This document shows positions 39,808 to 52,085 of a stretch of 64,000 bases of DNA, in pieces. Each line of letters starts with the position of its first letter. Positions within the stretch are counted from its first letter, which is position 1. Under the pieces are notes generated by a model. That model searched no databases, was not told the origin of the DNA, and worked only from the letters and a program-made list of their open reading frames with translations. The position numbers and the translations under genes are program-made. Source of the stretch: Dimorphilus gyrociliatus (lineage: Eukaryota > Animalia > Annelida); the NCBI GenBank assembly GCA_904063045.1, contig CAJFCJ010000007.1, positions 154,109-218,108 of the forward strand, in the 5' to 3' direction.

Positions 39808-42800
39808 TGTTACTTAATATACAATTGAACAATGAAAGGTCAGAGAATAGAAATGTTTTACGATAAGCAATCTCTTACTTAAAAAATAGAAAACCGAAAG
39901 GTCAAGGATAACGTATACTCGTTTTCATGAGTGTTTGAAGTATATTTCACGTTTTAATAATAACAAAGGAATACTGATAATAAATCATTTTTTATCAATT
40001 TTAATAATATTTTTCAAAGCCAAGTTAATAAATGCGAAATAATATTAAATTTATAACATTTATAAGATTTTAGTACTCGAATAACCGGTATTCAAACACA
40101 ATCATCAATAATTTCTATAATCAAATTACTTATACTATTAATTATTCTACATCTCATTTTCGTAAAATAGACAGACGTTATTAAGTAAATCAACAATCCA
40201 TTGACGCCTAAAACACTAAAATCATACACTTTGAATAGAGGGATAAAGCAATACGTACATTATGGTCTATAAATAGAATTTGTTTTTTATATACAAGAAC
40301 AGCTAGTTCGATCTTGTAACAATTATATGAAAACAGATGTTATAATTACAAGATAAACTCATCGCTTAAATTCTAGTGCGAAACTATACTATAATAATAA
40401 TCCTCTTTCAGGAATTAACTTTTAAAGCCCTTTATTATTAATTTTTCTTTTCATGGCAACCTTCGTGAGATTTTGTTTAATTAACCTGTTATCTAGGTAA
40501 AAATCTTAACGCTGTTAATAAACTTGATTTTCAATTCTCTATTATAGAAACGTGTAAAGGTGAAAAGAAGGAAAAAAGAAAACGTCAGTGGAAACGTTAT
40601 AACGTTATATATTACATGAAGTATCGACAACTGAGAAGACAATCTCTCCATCTGTAGTTTTAGCTAAGAACTATTTATGCGAATAGTACAGTATATATGC
40701 TAAATACTGCAATATAAATGAAAATAAGGATAGTTAAACTGAGGCCATAGATGAGAACGGTTTTTTTTTATCAATAGCTCTTCTTTTGTTTAATAACTAT
40801 CATATTTAATGTTTTACTTTTAATAATCGAAAATAAGGAAGTTTAATTTTTTAATTATAGAAACCTGCTTTGATTTCTTAAAAGGAATAGGTGAAATATT
40901 TTATTAGCGAAACTCGAAAATTATACTTTGAGGAACTTAATTATAATAAACGACTATTTTACAGGTAAAAATATAAAACCAATTGATTTTGAAAATACAA
41001 AGGAACCATCAAGTCATGATCACATAGGCACAAATGTTATATTCTGATCCTATAGAATAAAGTGTGCGTGTTTAAAGGAAAGTGCGAATGTATTTGCTTT
41101 CCACTGTCGAGAATGACCCTTAAAATCTGAAAGACGAGAAATTCTGTATAATTACTTTTACTGAATTGATTACGACTATTGTATGCTTTAACACATTTAT
41201 TTTATGATAAATTATCCAAGATTGAGTGGAAGCTATGCGTATCTTCCATTAAGGTTGAAGATATAGAATAGTTGTTAAACTATACGAGATATACTATATA
41301 CAAGGCCATCTTTTAAAATGGTAGATATTGTAGACTATCAAAAAGAAGTTTCCTATTTTCCTTATAATTAACAAAATCACTTTATTATTGACTATAAGGT
41401 TAATACACTACCAGATTCTCAAAAAATATAACACTCTTTTTTGCTTCATTAACAAAATGTTGCGGAAGAGGAAAGATATTTTTTCGATGAAAGGCAACAT
41501 GACCTAGTTTGCCTACCTTATTGTCATGCTTAAACCAAATGAAAAAAAAAGACTGAAAACAAAAACCTGTGTCTGGCTTTAGCAGAAATTAAAGAAAGTA
41601 TAGTTTTTTTTCCCTTTTTTGTCAATGTCACATACTTTTTCCCTTAGCTAAAAAGAAAAAAGGCGGAGAGGTAACTGTCTCTCAAATGGAAAGAACGGCA
41701 TATTTTTAATGTACATAACGAATAGTAATACAACTTAAAAGCTTAACTTTTAACTTAAATAAAAGAAGTGTAAAGGAAACTTTTAATGTGATAGCTACTT
41801 TTATTATTTCAATTGTGTAACTATTTGAAAATCGTGGCGCATATAGTTAATAAACATAGTTCTGAGCCTAGTTTACAGTTTTAATAATAGAGATTCCTTA
41901 ACAATGGAGGGGATTTCTTCTTTTTTCAAATACCATTCTCTGCAAGATTTTTCAAGCATATGATCTATCTGTGGCTACTCTCTCTGGTGATGACATTTAA
42001 AAATCTTCCTTCTCTTGTTCTGCTGACCAACTACAAATAATATTTACACCGAATTTACTTATGTCATCTTGTTTCATGTGTAGGAGTTATATATTTCTTA
42101 TTAATATACCACAGTTAGAACGCTTCCAACTAAGCTATGAAAATAGTCACGTGGTTAAAGTGACGTCAACAAATCTAAAGCTCATTGTAATCTTTACTAG
42201 TTTGTCAGAAGAAGGGTAACATACTCTCAGAACAATACGTATAATGGATAATACTAAATCTCTCGCATATGATTATTATTTTTTCAAAACTGTCCTAGAA
42301 TTAGAAAAAGGTTTGTATGATTCATAAAGCATTTTCATTTAAAAAAATTATGATATTAGTCAAAAGAATAAAAAATACTTTATTTATTTGAGTATAATAA
42401 AGAATAGAATTCAATGGAAAAATAGTTTATAAAACAATGGAAGAAACGTTAAAATAGTAAATAGTCAAATGCTGTATAATTTATTATTTTGTGTTTATAT
42501 TTTAGTCATCGCACTGGATGGTCTATAATAATAACTCCTATTAAAATATTAAAAAGACTATCTCTACTAACCAAATAAAGTAGTAGAATACATTTTAAAA
42601 TTGGTTTTAGACAAATGTATTGCTGTTGGCCAATCTTATTAAGTCTGTTTTACAAATTGAAGAAAAATTGAAATAGTTTATATTACTTGAAAAGTCAATC
42701 AGTTTGTTTAGTGTTATGATATAAAGTTAAAAAATAGGCTTATTATGAATGACTTGACTAGAGAATATATTATTTAAGTTTAACAACATAATTATTAACG

Positions 42801-43105
42801 AACAAAGTATCACACTAAAAAACAAGAGACAGTTGTCAGGGTTCAATTGACAGGAAGTGCGGGATCCTTTAATACGATTGAATTTATTAGACTGGAAAGG
42901 CTTTGATGACCATAAAATTGGTTTTGCTAGGAGCAATGAAAGAAATATAATTGGTTAGACATTATCTCAACGCAAGTTATAATCAAAAACAACCATATTA
43001 TCCTCTCTTTAGACAGAGAATTTATGTAATCAAATTTTTATCTCTTATACATATTTCTACTTTTCTTTACCAACAGTCAGCACCTTAAATTCATCGTTTG
43101 ACAGT

Positions 43106-44110
43106 ATGGACTCAAATATCTATAATAAAGTTATCCCTATCATATCGATTATTGGAATAATTAGTAATCTGGTTAATCTTATTATATTTTCTTATCGCTA
43201 CACTCATTTAAGAAATCAATTTAAAAGAAATCTGACACCAACTACAAAATCTAGATACGCCATAGAAAAGGCAACTGTTTTCTTATTCTGCGCTTGGTCA
43301 ACTTGCAATTGTCTAACCAGCCTTTTATTAATACCGTACATGTTCTGCCATAGAACAATTTTTGTCTTTGAATATAAATCTTTTAATTTCTTTTTTCGTC
43401 TCTATGGAGAAGCGTTGCAATACTTATTCAGTCATCTAGGAATATGGTTAGCAATGGTTACTGTAATATCCCAAATGATTTGCATAAGAGAGATCCAACG
43501 AGCTCATGTTTTCGTCAGAACGAGAAATCTTTGGTTGACATTAAGTCTAATACTTGTTACCGTTACAATTGGTCACATTCCAATGATGTTTAAGTACAGG
43601 TACAGATTATACAGAGGGAAGTTGAAATCTGAAGTTTTATACCTACTAGACATTGGCTGGTTCATGGGGTTGCCTGAGCAAGTTGTTTCTTGGCTTTGGT
43701 TAATTTTGGGCTACTTTTTACCATTACTTATTTTTGTGTTCTGCATAATAGTTATTCTAAATGAATTAAAATCCGAAAGAATAAGATTCAAAAGTACGAG
43801 AAGAGCTGTAAAAAGAGCAGTTTATCTTGTCTGTATTAACGCATTTCTCTTTCTCATTCTACAAACTCCATCACAAGTTTTTAGATTTATTTTGATCCCT
43901 TGGAATCCAGGTGAATTGAAAGAGACTTTTTCAAAATTACGCTTTATGGCTTCTCTTAGTGATCTATCAGCTATTTTATACTATGGATTTAATTGTTTCA
44001 TTTGCTGTATTGTTGATAAAAAGCAAAGAATAACATTTTATAAGCTAATTTTATTTTGTTTAGGTAAAAATTTGATAGAGAATAAAGACTCCCAAGAGGA
44101 TACTATATGA
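43106..44110 (+). CDS. Intronless class A (rhodopsin-like) GPCR, orphan, resembling the invertebrate FMRFamide/sex-peptide-receptor-like (srw-like) group
   Basis: 334-aa ORF with seven hydrophobic segments: TM1 GIISNLVNLIIF, TM3 HLGIW, TM5 LGYFLPLL, TM6 FLILQTP, TM7 FNCFICC followed by a basic helix 8. Canonical DRY and NPxxY are degenerate. Confidence 0.88.
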   Translation: MDSNIYNKVIPIISIIGIISNLVNLIIFSYRYTHLRNQFKRNLTPTTKSRYAIEKATVFLFCAWSTCNCLTSLLLIPYMFCHRTIFVFEYKSFNFFFRLYGEALQYLFSHLGIWLAMVTVISQMICIREIQRAHVFVRTRNLWLTLSLILVTVTIGHIPMMFKYRYRLYRGKLKSEVLYLLDIGWFMGLPEQVVSWLWLILGYFLPLLIFVFCIIVILNELKSERIRFKSTRRAVKRAVYLVCINAFLFLILQTPSQVFRFILIPWNPGELKETFSKLRFMASLSDLSAILYYGFNCFICCIVDKKQRITFYKLILFCLGKNLIENKDSQEDTI

Positions 44111-45877
44111 GAATTTACAGCTAAGTAGTTGTTACATAATTAAACAAGACAATCTATAGAACATAAGATTATATATTCTTTACTGTGTTGTTTTTCTTTC
44201 TCCGTTGACTTGTTTTTTAATAAATAAAAGAAAATAGAATATTTCTACAATGGCTAAGTCATGTCATGTTAATATAAGTCATAAGAGACAGTAGTATAGT
44301 AATATCCATTTTACACAACACTTTTCTTCTACTCTAATATCATGATCTTCATATTATAAACTCCATAAATCTCTTGGACATATTTCAGTAATAAATTTGA
44401 TCTATTCCGCTATGTTTAATATTATATAACAAATATATTACAATATAAGCTAGATATTATACTCTTCAAATGTCTTTTAAATACTTTTTCTAATTACCTC
44501 AAACGTTCTTAAATTAATTCGGCTGTAATAGCAGGAATATTAAAGAATTTTCTCTCTTTCTTGTCTGATATAAAAGAACAAGAAAAGATTCGAAAACATT
44601 CTAAAAACTTTGTTACGTATTTTATTTACTGATTATATATTCGTATTTAGTTTAATGCTCTTTTGAAGAGATCGTAAAGCATCTTTCTGCCAAAAAGTGC
44701 CTCTTCAAATTTAATAGATTTTTGCTAATGTAATAGCCTATTTACACGGTAATATGACATAAAATCATAGTTTTGACATTTTTCCAGTATTATTATTTAC
44801 GTTGTTTATTTGCTAACGTACTTGTTTACATATAAAACTGTAAATTTTTTTTTCTTTTATACAGCTTCCAATCCTATATCCTTTTATTGAAAGGGAATGA
44901 ACCAAACCAATGTTTTATACGTATTTCTTTGATACTCGTGTTCTGTATGAAATTTTTTTTTTTTAGGATGGGGGAAATAATCAATTAGAAATATTGTAGA
45001 CAATTTTTTCTTTCTAAGACCTATTTTTAGCGTCCAAACAAAACCTATTTAAAAGTTCTCCCTCCCTTTATCTTCGCCTTCACCCTTTTTTATGAATGTC
45101 TTTCGGATGCGCATAGTGTCAAACTTATAGGCAATTTATCAAGATAATAGAAATTATATAAACTATATATATAATATTCAGTATATATTACTTTACTGGT
45201 AAAAAGAATAATCTTTTATGAACAGACTTTTATTTTCTAGTACTGTTAGTCCACTCATTGATTTTCTTTTGTTCTGTCCTATCTTTTCGTTCTCTAATTC
45301 GGTCAAATGATAAGAAAGAAAAAACAGTTTAAGATTTATATAATAGAGCTTTTAAAATGAAGCTTATCTAAAGCATAACATACAATATACAGTATAAATT
45401 ATAACAGATTACAAAGGTTATTCGAGTTCAAAAAATGACAAATCACCTTTTAATAATTATATTTCTTCTTTAACTATCTAATGATTGAATATCTAGTCTA
45501 TAATTTGTTTAAAGGCCTTTTGACTATACTTTGATTATAAGAAAATATTCTATCTATCGAAAGGTAATGGTAAAACTGTTATAGAAAATGAATACTTAAA
45601 AAGTACGCATTTGAGGAAAGGAAGATAATTCGTAAAAACTAATATAACCAATACAATTTTACAATATGGTTTCCTGCTTCTATCTCAATAAAATCATAAT
45701 CTGTATTACGTATTATCACTACCGAAAGTATAAGGAATCTGTAAATAATTCAATAATATAATACAATTAAATGATAGTTTTAAGTTTATATTTACAATTT
45801 TGGTCATTGGAAAAGATTTTTATCCTTTAGAACATGTTCATTCCTTATCTTCCTTAGCGGAAAAATATGCGTTGGAA

Positions 45878-46681
45878 TTATTGCAAATTTTCATTCGATT
45901 TCATTCTCGGTTTCGGAATATAGTTTGCCAAAAATGACAACCTATCTACCATACATTCACACCCAACTTTAATAGGTATCATTTCCCTCCTCCAAGCGTG
46001 CATGATAACGGTCTGACCTCCTTTTAGGACTAAGGTGCAGTATCCTTGCCTCCTCCTCAGTAAATTAACATTACTTAAAGATGTAAAGCACTTTCCATGA
46101 TTACTATTTGCAATTGTTATACATCCAGTTTCTGATGGGTGACAATAAGCTTCATTCAAAATACTTGGCCAATATTGAGTCGAATCCAATCGAGTGGTCC
46201 CAGCACATTCAGTACATAAATGTAGGTAACCATCGTTCTCTCGACCTCTTGGGCGACAGTAATCTGTTAGTTTCGTATCTGTAAGCGAGAGTCCGTCAAA
46301 CGTTTTATTCTGGCCCTTAATCTCTTTTAAAGCGGAAATGATATCGGATCTTTTCAATATAGTCATTCCGGACACTTCTGTTAAACTCTGTAAAGTTTCA
46401 CGAGAATTAATTAAATCTCTGAAATTTTCATCGGCTTCTCTCTGATTTTCAGCCACTATACCCGAATCAAAATATTTCAAGTAGTTCAGCTTATCCTCTC
46501 GAGTCCACTCTACTTCAGAATATTGCGGATGTAGTGATCTTAGAGTACCACACGGAATGGATATATTGTGAACAATTAGCGTAGAACACTGACCATCACC
46601 GAGAAATAGGAAAAGAAAACCGAGATGAAATAACCAACTCATCTCGAAGCCGTTTAAATTGAACATTTTCATTACAATCAT
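45878..46681 (-). CDS. Secreted cystine-knot protein of the trunk/PTTH/noggin-like type
   Basis: 267-aa intronless ORF. Signal-like MSWLFHLGFLFLFLGDGQC (probable start at the fourth Met). The C-terminal domain has 9 Cys in the pattern C..C-x10-YWPSILNEAYC...C...C-x6-NLLRR..G.C-x13-W..E...VGCEC, paralleling Trunk (YFPRYIRSIEC...VLRR..G.C...W..EE..V..CCEC). Confidence 0.8.
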   Translation of the reverse strand: MIVMKMFNLNGFEMSWLFHLGFLFLFLGDGQCSTLIVHNISIPCGTLRSLHPQYSEVEWTREDKLNYLKYFDSGIVAENQREADENFRDLINSRETLQSLTEVSGMTILKRSDIISALKEIKGQNKTFDGLSLTDTKLTDYCRPRGRENDGYLHLCTECAGTTRLDSTQYWPSILNEAYCHPSETGCITIANSNHGKCFTSLSNVNLLRRRQGYCTLVLKGGQTVIMHAWRREMIPIKVGCECMVDRLSFLANYIPKPRMKSNENLQ

Positions 46682-48923
46682 TTTAATTCAGTATGATAAC
46701 AGATAACGTTGTGTCAGATTCGATTATTCATTCATAAAGATATATTCTGTATGTATATATATATATATAATATAGAATTGATTATTTCGGCTAGTTATAT
46801 TTTATCTACAGTCAAGTACTACTAATTTCCAAAGAAATCAAATGATATTTTTCTAATTTCTTTATTGAAAGACTTTACTTCTCTTTTAAAGTAAATACAC
46901 TTGAAATTCCAATACACTCTTCATCTTAAGTATTACCATATTGATATCTATTATCAATAGACTCAAAGGGATAAAATGTTTTTCCAGTTTAATAATCTAC
47001 GAATTTTTCTTCAATGAATAAAAAGAGCTATAATTACCTTTTCGTTTCACTTTTGATATTAATACACTGTCTTTTAAGAACCTGAAAAAAAGACACCCTA
47101 AGTAAAAAGTTATTAATAGTCTCAAATTTCTAATTTAAGGTGAATATAATTTTAAATAGGCGTATATACAGTAAATTTATATATACAATAAAGTAATAGA
47201 TAATATTAAAACCTTTAAATATTTCATAGTAAAGTTCAAAATTAAAAGTTCACTGACCAATCTTTAATTGACCCTAAGACAGTTTGTTATATAATTTCTA
47301 TATATACAGTATATATATGTTGATAAAAAAAATGACCATTTCGATGTATTAGAACAAAACTGACTGTAAATCGTATATTACTGTATGTTTGAATAAATAA
47401 TATATTTTCCTCTTTGAAAGTCAGTTTCGTACAACTTAAAAGATAACTTAATATTTCTAAAACCTTATCTAGTCGTTTTTGTAAATTGTTTAAATATCTT
47501 TCAAAGCGTTAAAATAATCATTTAATCCATTTTATTATTTTTTTTCATACTCCTATTCTCCAACTTAAAATTGAAAAAAAACTATACATATGTATGTACT
47601 GATATTTTTTTGTATTGCAGCTTGGATTAATGACGTTTAAAGGTGACATTATACTCTATATGTTACTTCTGAAAAAGTATGTCACGTAGTAAATTTGATA
47701 CCAAACATTCAATAAAAAACGTAATTTTCCATCTCAAGTTACTCATCTTATAAATAGAAAGTAGTATATATTTATTCATATCTTTACTTTTACCTAGTTT
47801 CACTTTTAAATTGTCGCATGTAAAGGTCATGTCCTTTTTTTTTTAAAGATCACCTAATTCATATGATTTTATTAATATCATCAATTTATCCTTATTGGTT
47901 GTATATGAAATTATAAAATAACGACCCCCGATACGTGTAAGAAAAAGAAATATATGTATTTATCGATATAACAATCTAGATGGCATCTTTTCATTGATAT
48001 TTTTATACTATTTAACTATGCTAAATAAAAAGTTCAAATAGCTTGGTCCTGTATAATTACAAGCTTTATAAGCCGTAATAATTATATTAGATATTAAGTA
48101 ACTCGTCTGTTTACTTCGTACTTATCAAACACATATATATATATCTAAATTATACAGTAGATATGATAAACCTTTTGGAAAAGATGGCTGTTGAAAATCA
48201 AAAATGCATATAACTAGCGTGATTAATGTTTCTGAATTGATTCCTACGCCTGAACGAGGATAATCCCTTGAGCCTTAATGAAACTTTTACAATTTACTCT
48301 TCTCAATCTTTTTCATCCGGTTTCACTTTTACTGAAATGTATCTCTTTTCCCTTTTCCATCTAACTTTAAAATTTTAAAAGAATACGACAAAACTTAAAG
48401 ACAGTCTTTGTTAAAGAGACAATGAAAATGATGAATTACCCTTGTACATAAAAAAACGTTTATTGACATGATATCAGTTGCAATAGAGATGTAATTAAAT
48501 ATATTTTATCTTGTTGTCTGAACCTATAAGGAATGCGACGTGAGGTGATATGCTTTAGGTTTTTCTGTGTATTTAAATTTATGTTTTTAACATAAAACCC
48601 AATCAATCACTTGTTTAATTGTTATCTTTTATCATAAAATTTATATCTAATAATGTCTTTGTTTTCTATAAATAAGAAATAAAAAATAGAAAGGAATTCA
48701 AGAAGAATATGGTCAAAAAAAAGTGTACAAACAAACATTTTTTTATTCTAGGCTAGCAAAATCTTTAGGTTTTATTTCTCTTCTTTTCTTATTCTAATCT
48801 AACTTTGTTAGTCGACAAGGGAAGGAGTTAATTCAACCATTTAGTCGCCTTTCCAAACATTTCTACCTGCCTCTCTTCGGCTATAGATGAAAACAAGCAC
48901 GTCGTTCGTGTCGAACTAGCCAT

Positions 48924-50385
48924 TTAATTCGGTTTTGGCATAAAAAATATAATATTCAGCGTTAAAGCAGAAAGAAATACAAAAAACAATAATTTATCGA
49001 CAAATGACGTGAAACTCTGCCAATAATTCGCTATGATTAAGTGACTCTTTTGTGTTGTCTCTTTATCGTCAGATGATGATGATAAGCATTCCGGTTTCAT
49101 TGGAATTCCTCTGGAATGTTCCTCATAGTCTTCAGACGTTTTACATTTCTTTCGCAAGTTATGTATCTAGAAAATATTTTGATAAATAAAGAGAAAACTG
49201 GAAATATAAAAAAATCAATTTGTAAACCTGTCTGATTAATTTAGGTGGTACACACTTCAATTGGTTTACATGAACCATTATGAGAGAGAAAGAGATAACC
49301 AACGAATTAAGTACCAAGCTTATCCAACAATAATAACTGAGTTTTATATTTCCATTTGGCGGCATCAGTTGTACAATAATTAGAAAGAAAATTACAACTC
49401 CAGAAAAAAGAGCCATGCCCGTCGATGTCCTATCGGGTCTTGAAGGAGGTATTAGATATACAAAAGGTGTGATTACGGATAAAAGAACAACTGGTATAAT
49501 GATAAACTGTGATATGAAGAAGCAAAAAAGAAAAGAAAAATGAGAAATTGCTTTACTTTTACCTTTTATACGAATTTTAAAAATATACCTGAACGTAGAA
49601 TTCACTTTTACGACGAAGAACTAAATAAAAGAAGATATCAATGTAAGTATCAGAGCAGCAGCTATAATTACTTAGTTTTCTAACACCAAAAGTTTCGAGC
49701 ATTGTAAACTCAGCGTTTTCTAAATATTCAGATAAATCAACAGGTGTATTCTCCGCTATTCTTATATCAATAAATTCACTTGAATGAACCCATGATCCAA
49801 ATTTTAGGCTACAATTTTGAACGTCAAACGGAAAATCTCTCATATTAGTTTCGCAACTAGATTGATAAATTATTGGCGGTATCCACTGACATATTCCATC
49901 GTAACCCAAGAGTATGTTTATATCCAGGGTATCCTTTTCAATGTTTCTCCTGGATATGCTAACAAGCAAAGAGAAATAAAAAAGAGATTCATAAAAAGTA
50001 ATTTAACTACTTACCTAGAATACAAGAAAATGTCAGGAACCCAAATATCGTGTGGTGATACAGTTAATTTTCTTATACCACCAAAATCTTTCGGATCCCA
50101 ATTATGAATTTGATCTTGCCAACTCATCCTTTTCCATACTAAAAATTCAATATATTGCATCTTCTCGTTTAGTGAGAGAATTTGCACAAGCAATAGGCTA
50201 AAATTTACTTGTAGGGGTTCGGAGAATGTCAATCTTGGAATAACGTTTCGATTTTCCGAGCCTATTTTACTCTTAAGATATCGTCGTAACTCTAGTTCAT
50301 GAGAAATATTACCTTTGGTTGAAGAAACTACTGAAACAATTACCAAAATAAGAATAAATAAGAAAATCTTCCAAATCCACTTCAT
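48924..50385 (-). CDS. Cys-loop ligand-gated ion channel, alpha-type nicotinic acetylcholine receptor subunit (divergent), 420 aa, 4 exons
   Basis: Exons 50385-50015, 49958-49589, 49506-49228 and 49166-48924 (introns 56, 82 and 61 bp) sum to 1263 nt in frame. Signal peptide, WVPDIFLY, Cys-loop CETNMRDFPFDVQNC, loop B FGSW, loop C YSCCSDTY (vicinal Cys), M1-M4, and a short M3-M4 loop. Confidence 0.95.
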
Positions 50386-51055
50386 TTAAATATAGATTTT
50401 TGAGCAATACGAGCAAACATATGCTCTTTCCTATCAAAAGACGGTTTGAAAAATGAGCAGAAGCACCTAATGCAAATCCACCCCTATCGGATTGTTGCTT
50501 AAATACATTTGCTCCCTGATATTTTCAACCTCAAAACATTCTTGAGAAAGAAAAGCAAACTATCAAAAGTAGACTTTTAAATTATAAAATTCTCCAGTAT
50601 TGATAAATCTTGTTCATATAAAAAGATAAAATTTCTAAATAATCAATTTTCTTATTGATTAATAACTTTTTTTTTCTATATACTGTATATATTCTACTTC
50701 TAATTGAACATTACTAAAAGTCCTACTATATCCAGGTTCTATTCATTTTATTACTTCAATATTTTATTCTCTCGTAGTTTTCCATCCTATCTATATCTTG
50801 CAAATACCAAACGTAGTATTGAATTCTATACTATAAATACAATCAATCATAGATTCATTCTTTTATCGGTGAAATGCGCAATCCTGAAGATAAACATTTG
50901 CCTGAGATGTGGGAGAAATTGTTTCAACTGTTTATCTTGTGACAAGACATGCATAATATAAATAATAAGCAAGGATGTATATTATATTTACTATATATAT
51001 ATATATATATATATTCAATATAGAGTACTCTTTCCTTTTAATGTGTTTATGTTAT

Positions 51056-51070
51056 CCCATAGGTGGCGAC
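51056..51070 (+). promoter_or_regulatory. CTCF-like motif (CCCATAGGTGGCGAC)
   Basis: AGGTGGCG core between the nAChR gene and the coiled-coil gene. Confidence 0.4.
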
Positions 51071-52085
51071 ACACAAGCCTGAGCTGCAATTCGAGAGAAT
51101 AATGATTATCAGCCTAAAAAAATCAATTATAGAATTGATCACTTTATTTAAAAAATTATTATGTTATTATTTCTCTAAAACAGAAAAAAAGGAGCAAAAT
51201 AATACGAAATCGGTACAAAATGTAAAAACAAAACAAGAAAGAAGACGAAAAACTAAAAGTCAAAAAATCGAAAAACAAAATTATTTCCTTCTTTCTTTGC
51301 TTTTCTTTTTTTTTTAAAGAAAAAAGAAAAATACGAAAATATAAAAATAAAACATAAATAAGATCTTTAAATTCATTATGTTTTCTTTTTAAAATATGAT
51401 ATCCACTTTTCTTTCTTTTATTGCTCTGATTGTCTTTATTATCTTTCCTCGTTAAAAATAGTATATTACAGTATCTGTAAACTATACTTATTTGATTATA
51501 AAACTAAACTTAGTAAGATATACTGTAACGCATAGATATAAAAATAGAAGAGAGGGGTAGGGGGTAAAGAGTGATAAACAGACATAGAAAAAGTTATCAT
51601 ATTATCATATTAACATAACAATATCTTATTAATAATTCACTAATCGAATATATAAGTATAGATAAATTTTTTACTCTATTAATTCCCTTTAACGTAAACG
51701 TATTTACCGAATAGATAAAATAATGCTTTTATAAGAAAAACCTTATTGACTATCGAATACTTTTCTCTGTTTTTTAATATATATACATAGATTAGTGTAA
51801 AGATAATTTAACTTTCCTTATCCTTTTCCTTCTTTTTTAATGAAAACGAAATTGGGAAAGGGAATAAAACATATATATATATACAGTATATATACAGTAT
51901 ATATATTAGGCTATGCATATATATACATATATTTATATATGTGCATAGAACTTGAAATCAATAATCTATAAGGATATTATAGATCAAAAAAAAACACTTA
52001 ATTGGTTCCTCTGAAAAGTAAAAAAAGAAGGAATTTTGGAAGTATTAATTATCTTTAACGAAAACTTATTTCTTTTACTTTAAAT

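Noticed and set aside
43106-46681. Convergent GPCR and secreted protein as a linked ligand-receptor pair
   Set aside because: Trunk/PTTH-type ligands signal through an RTK and noggin-like proteins bind BMPs. Adjacency alone is not evidence.
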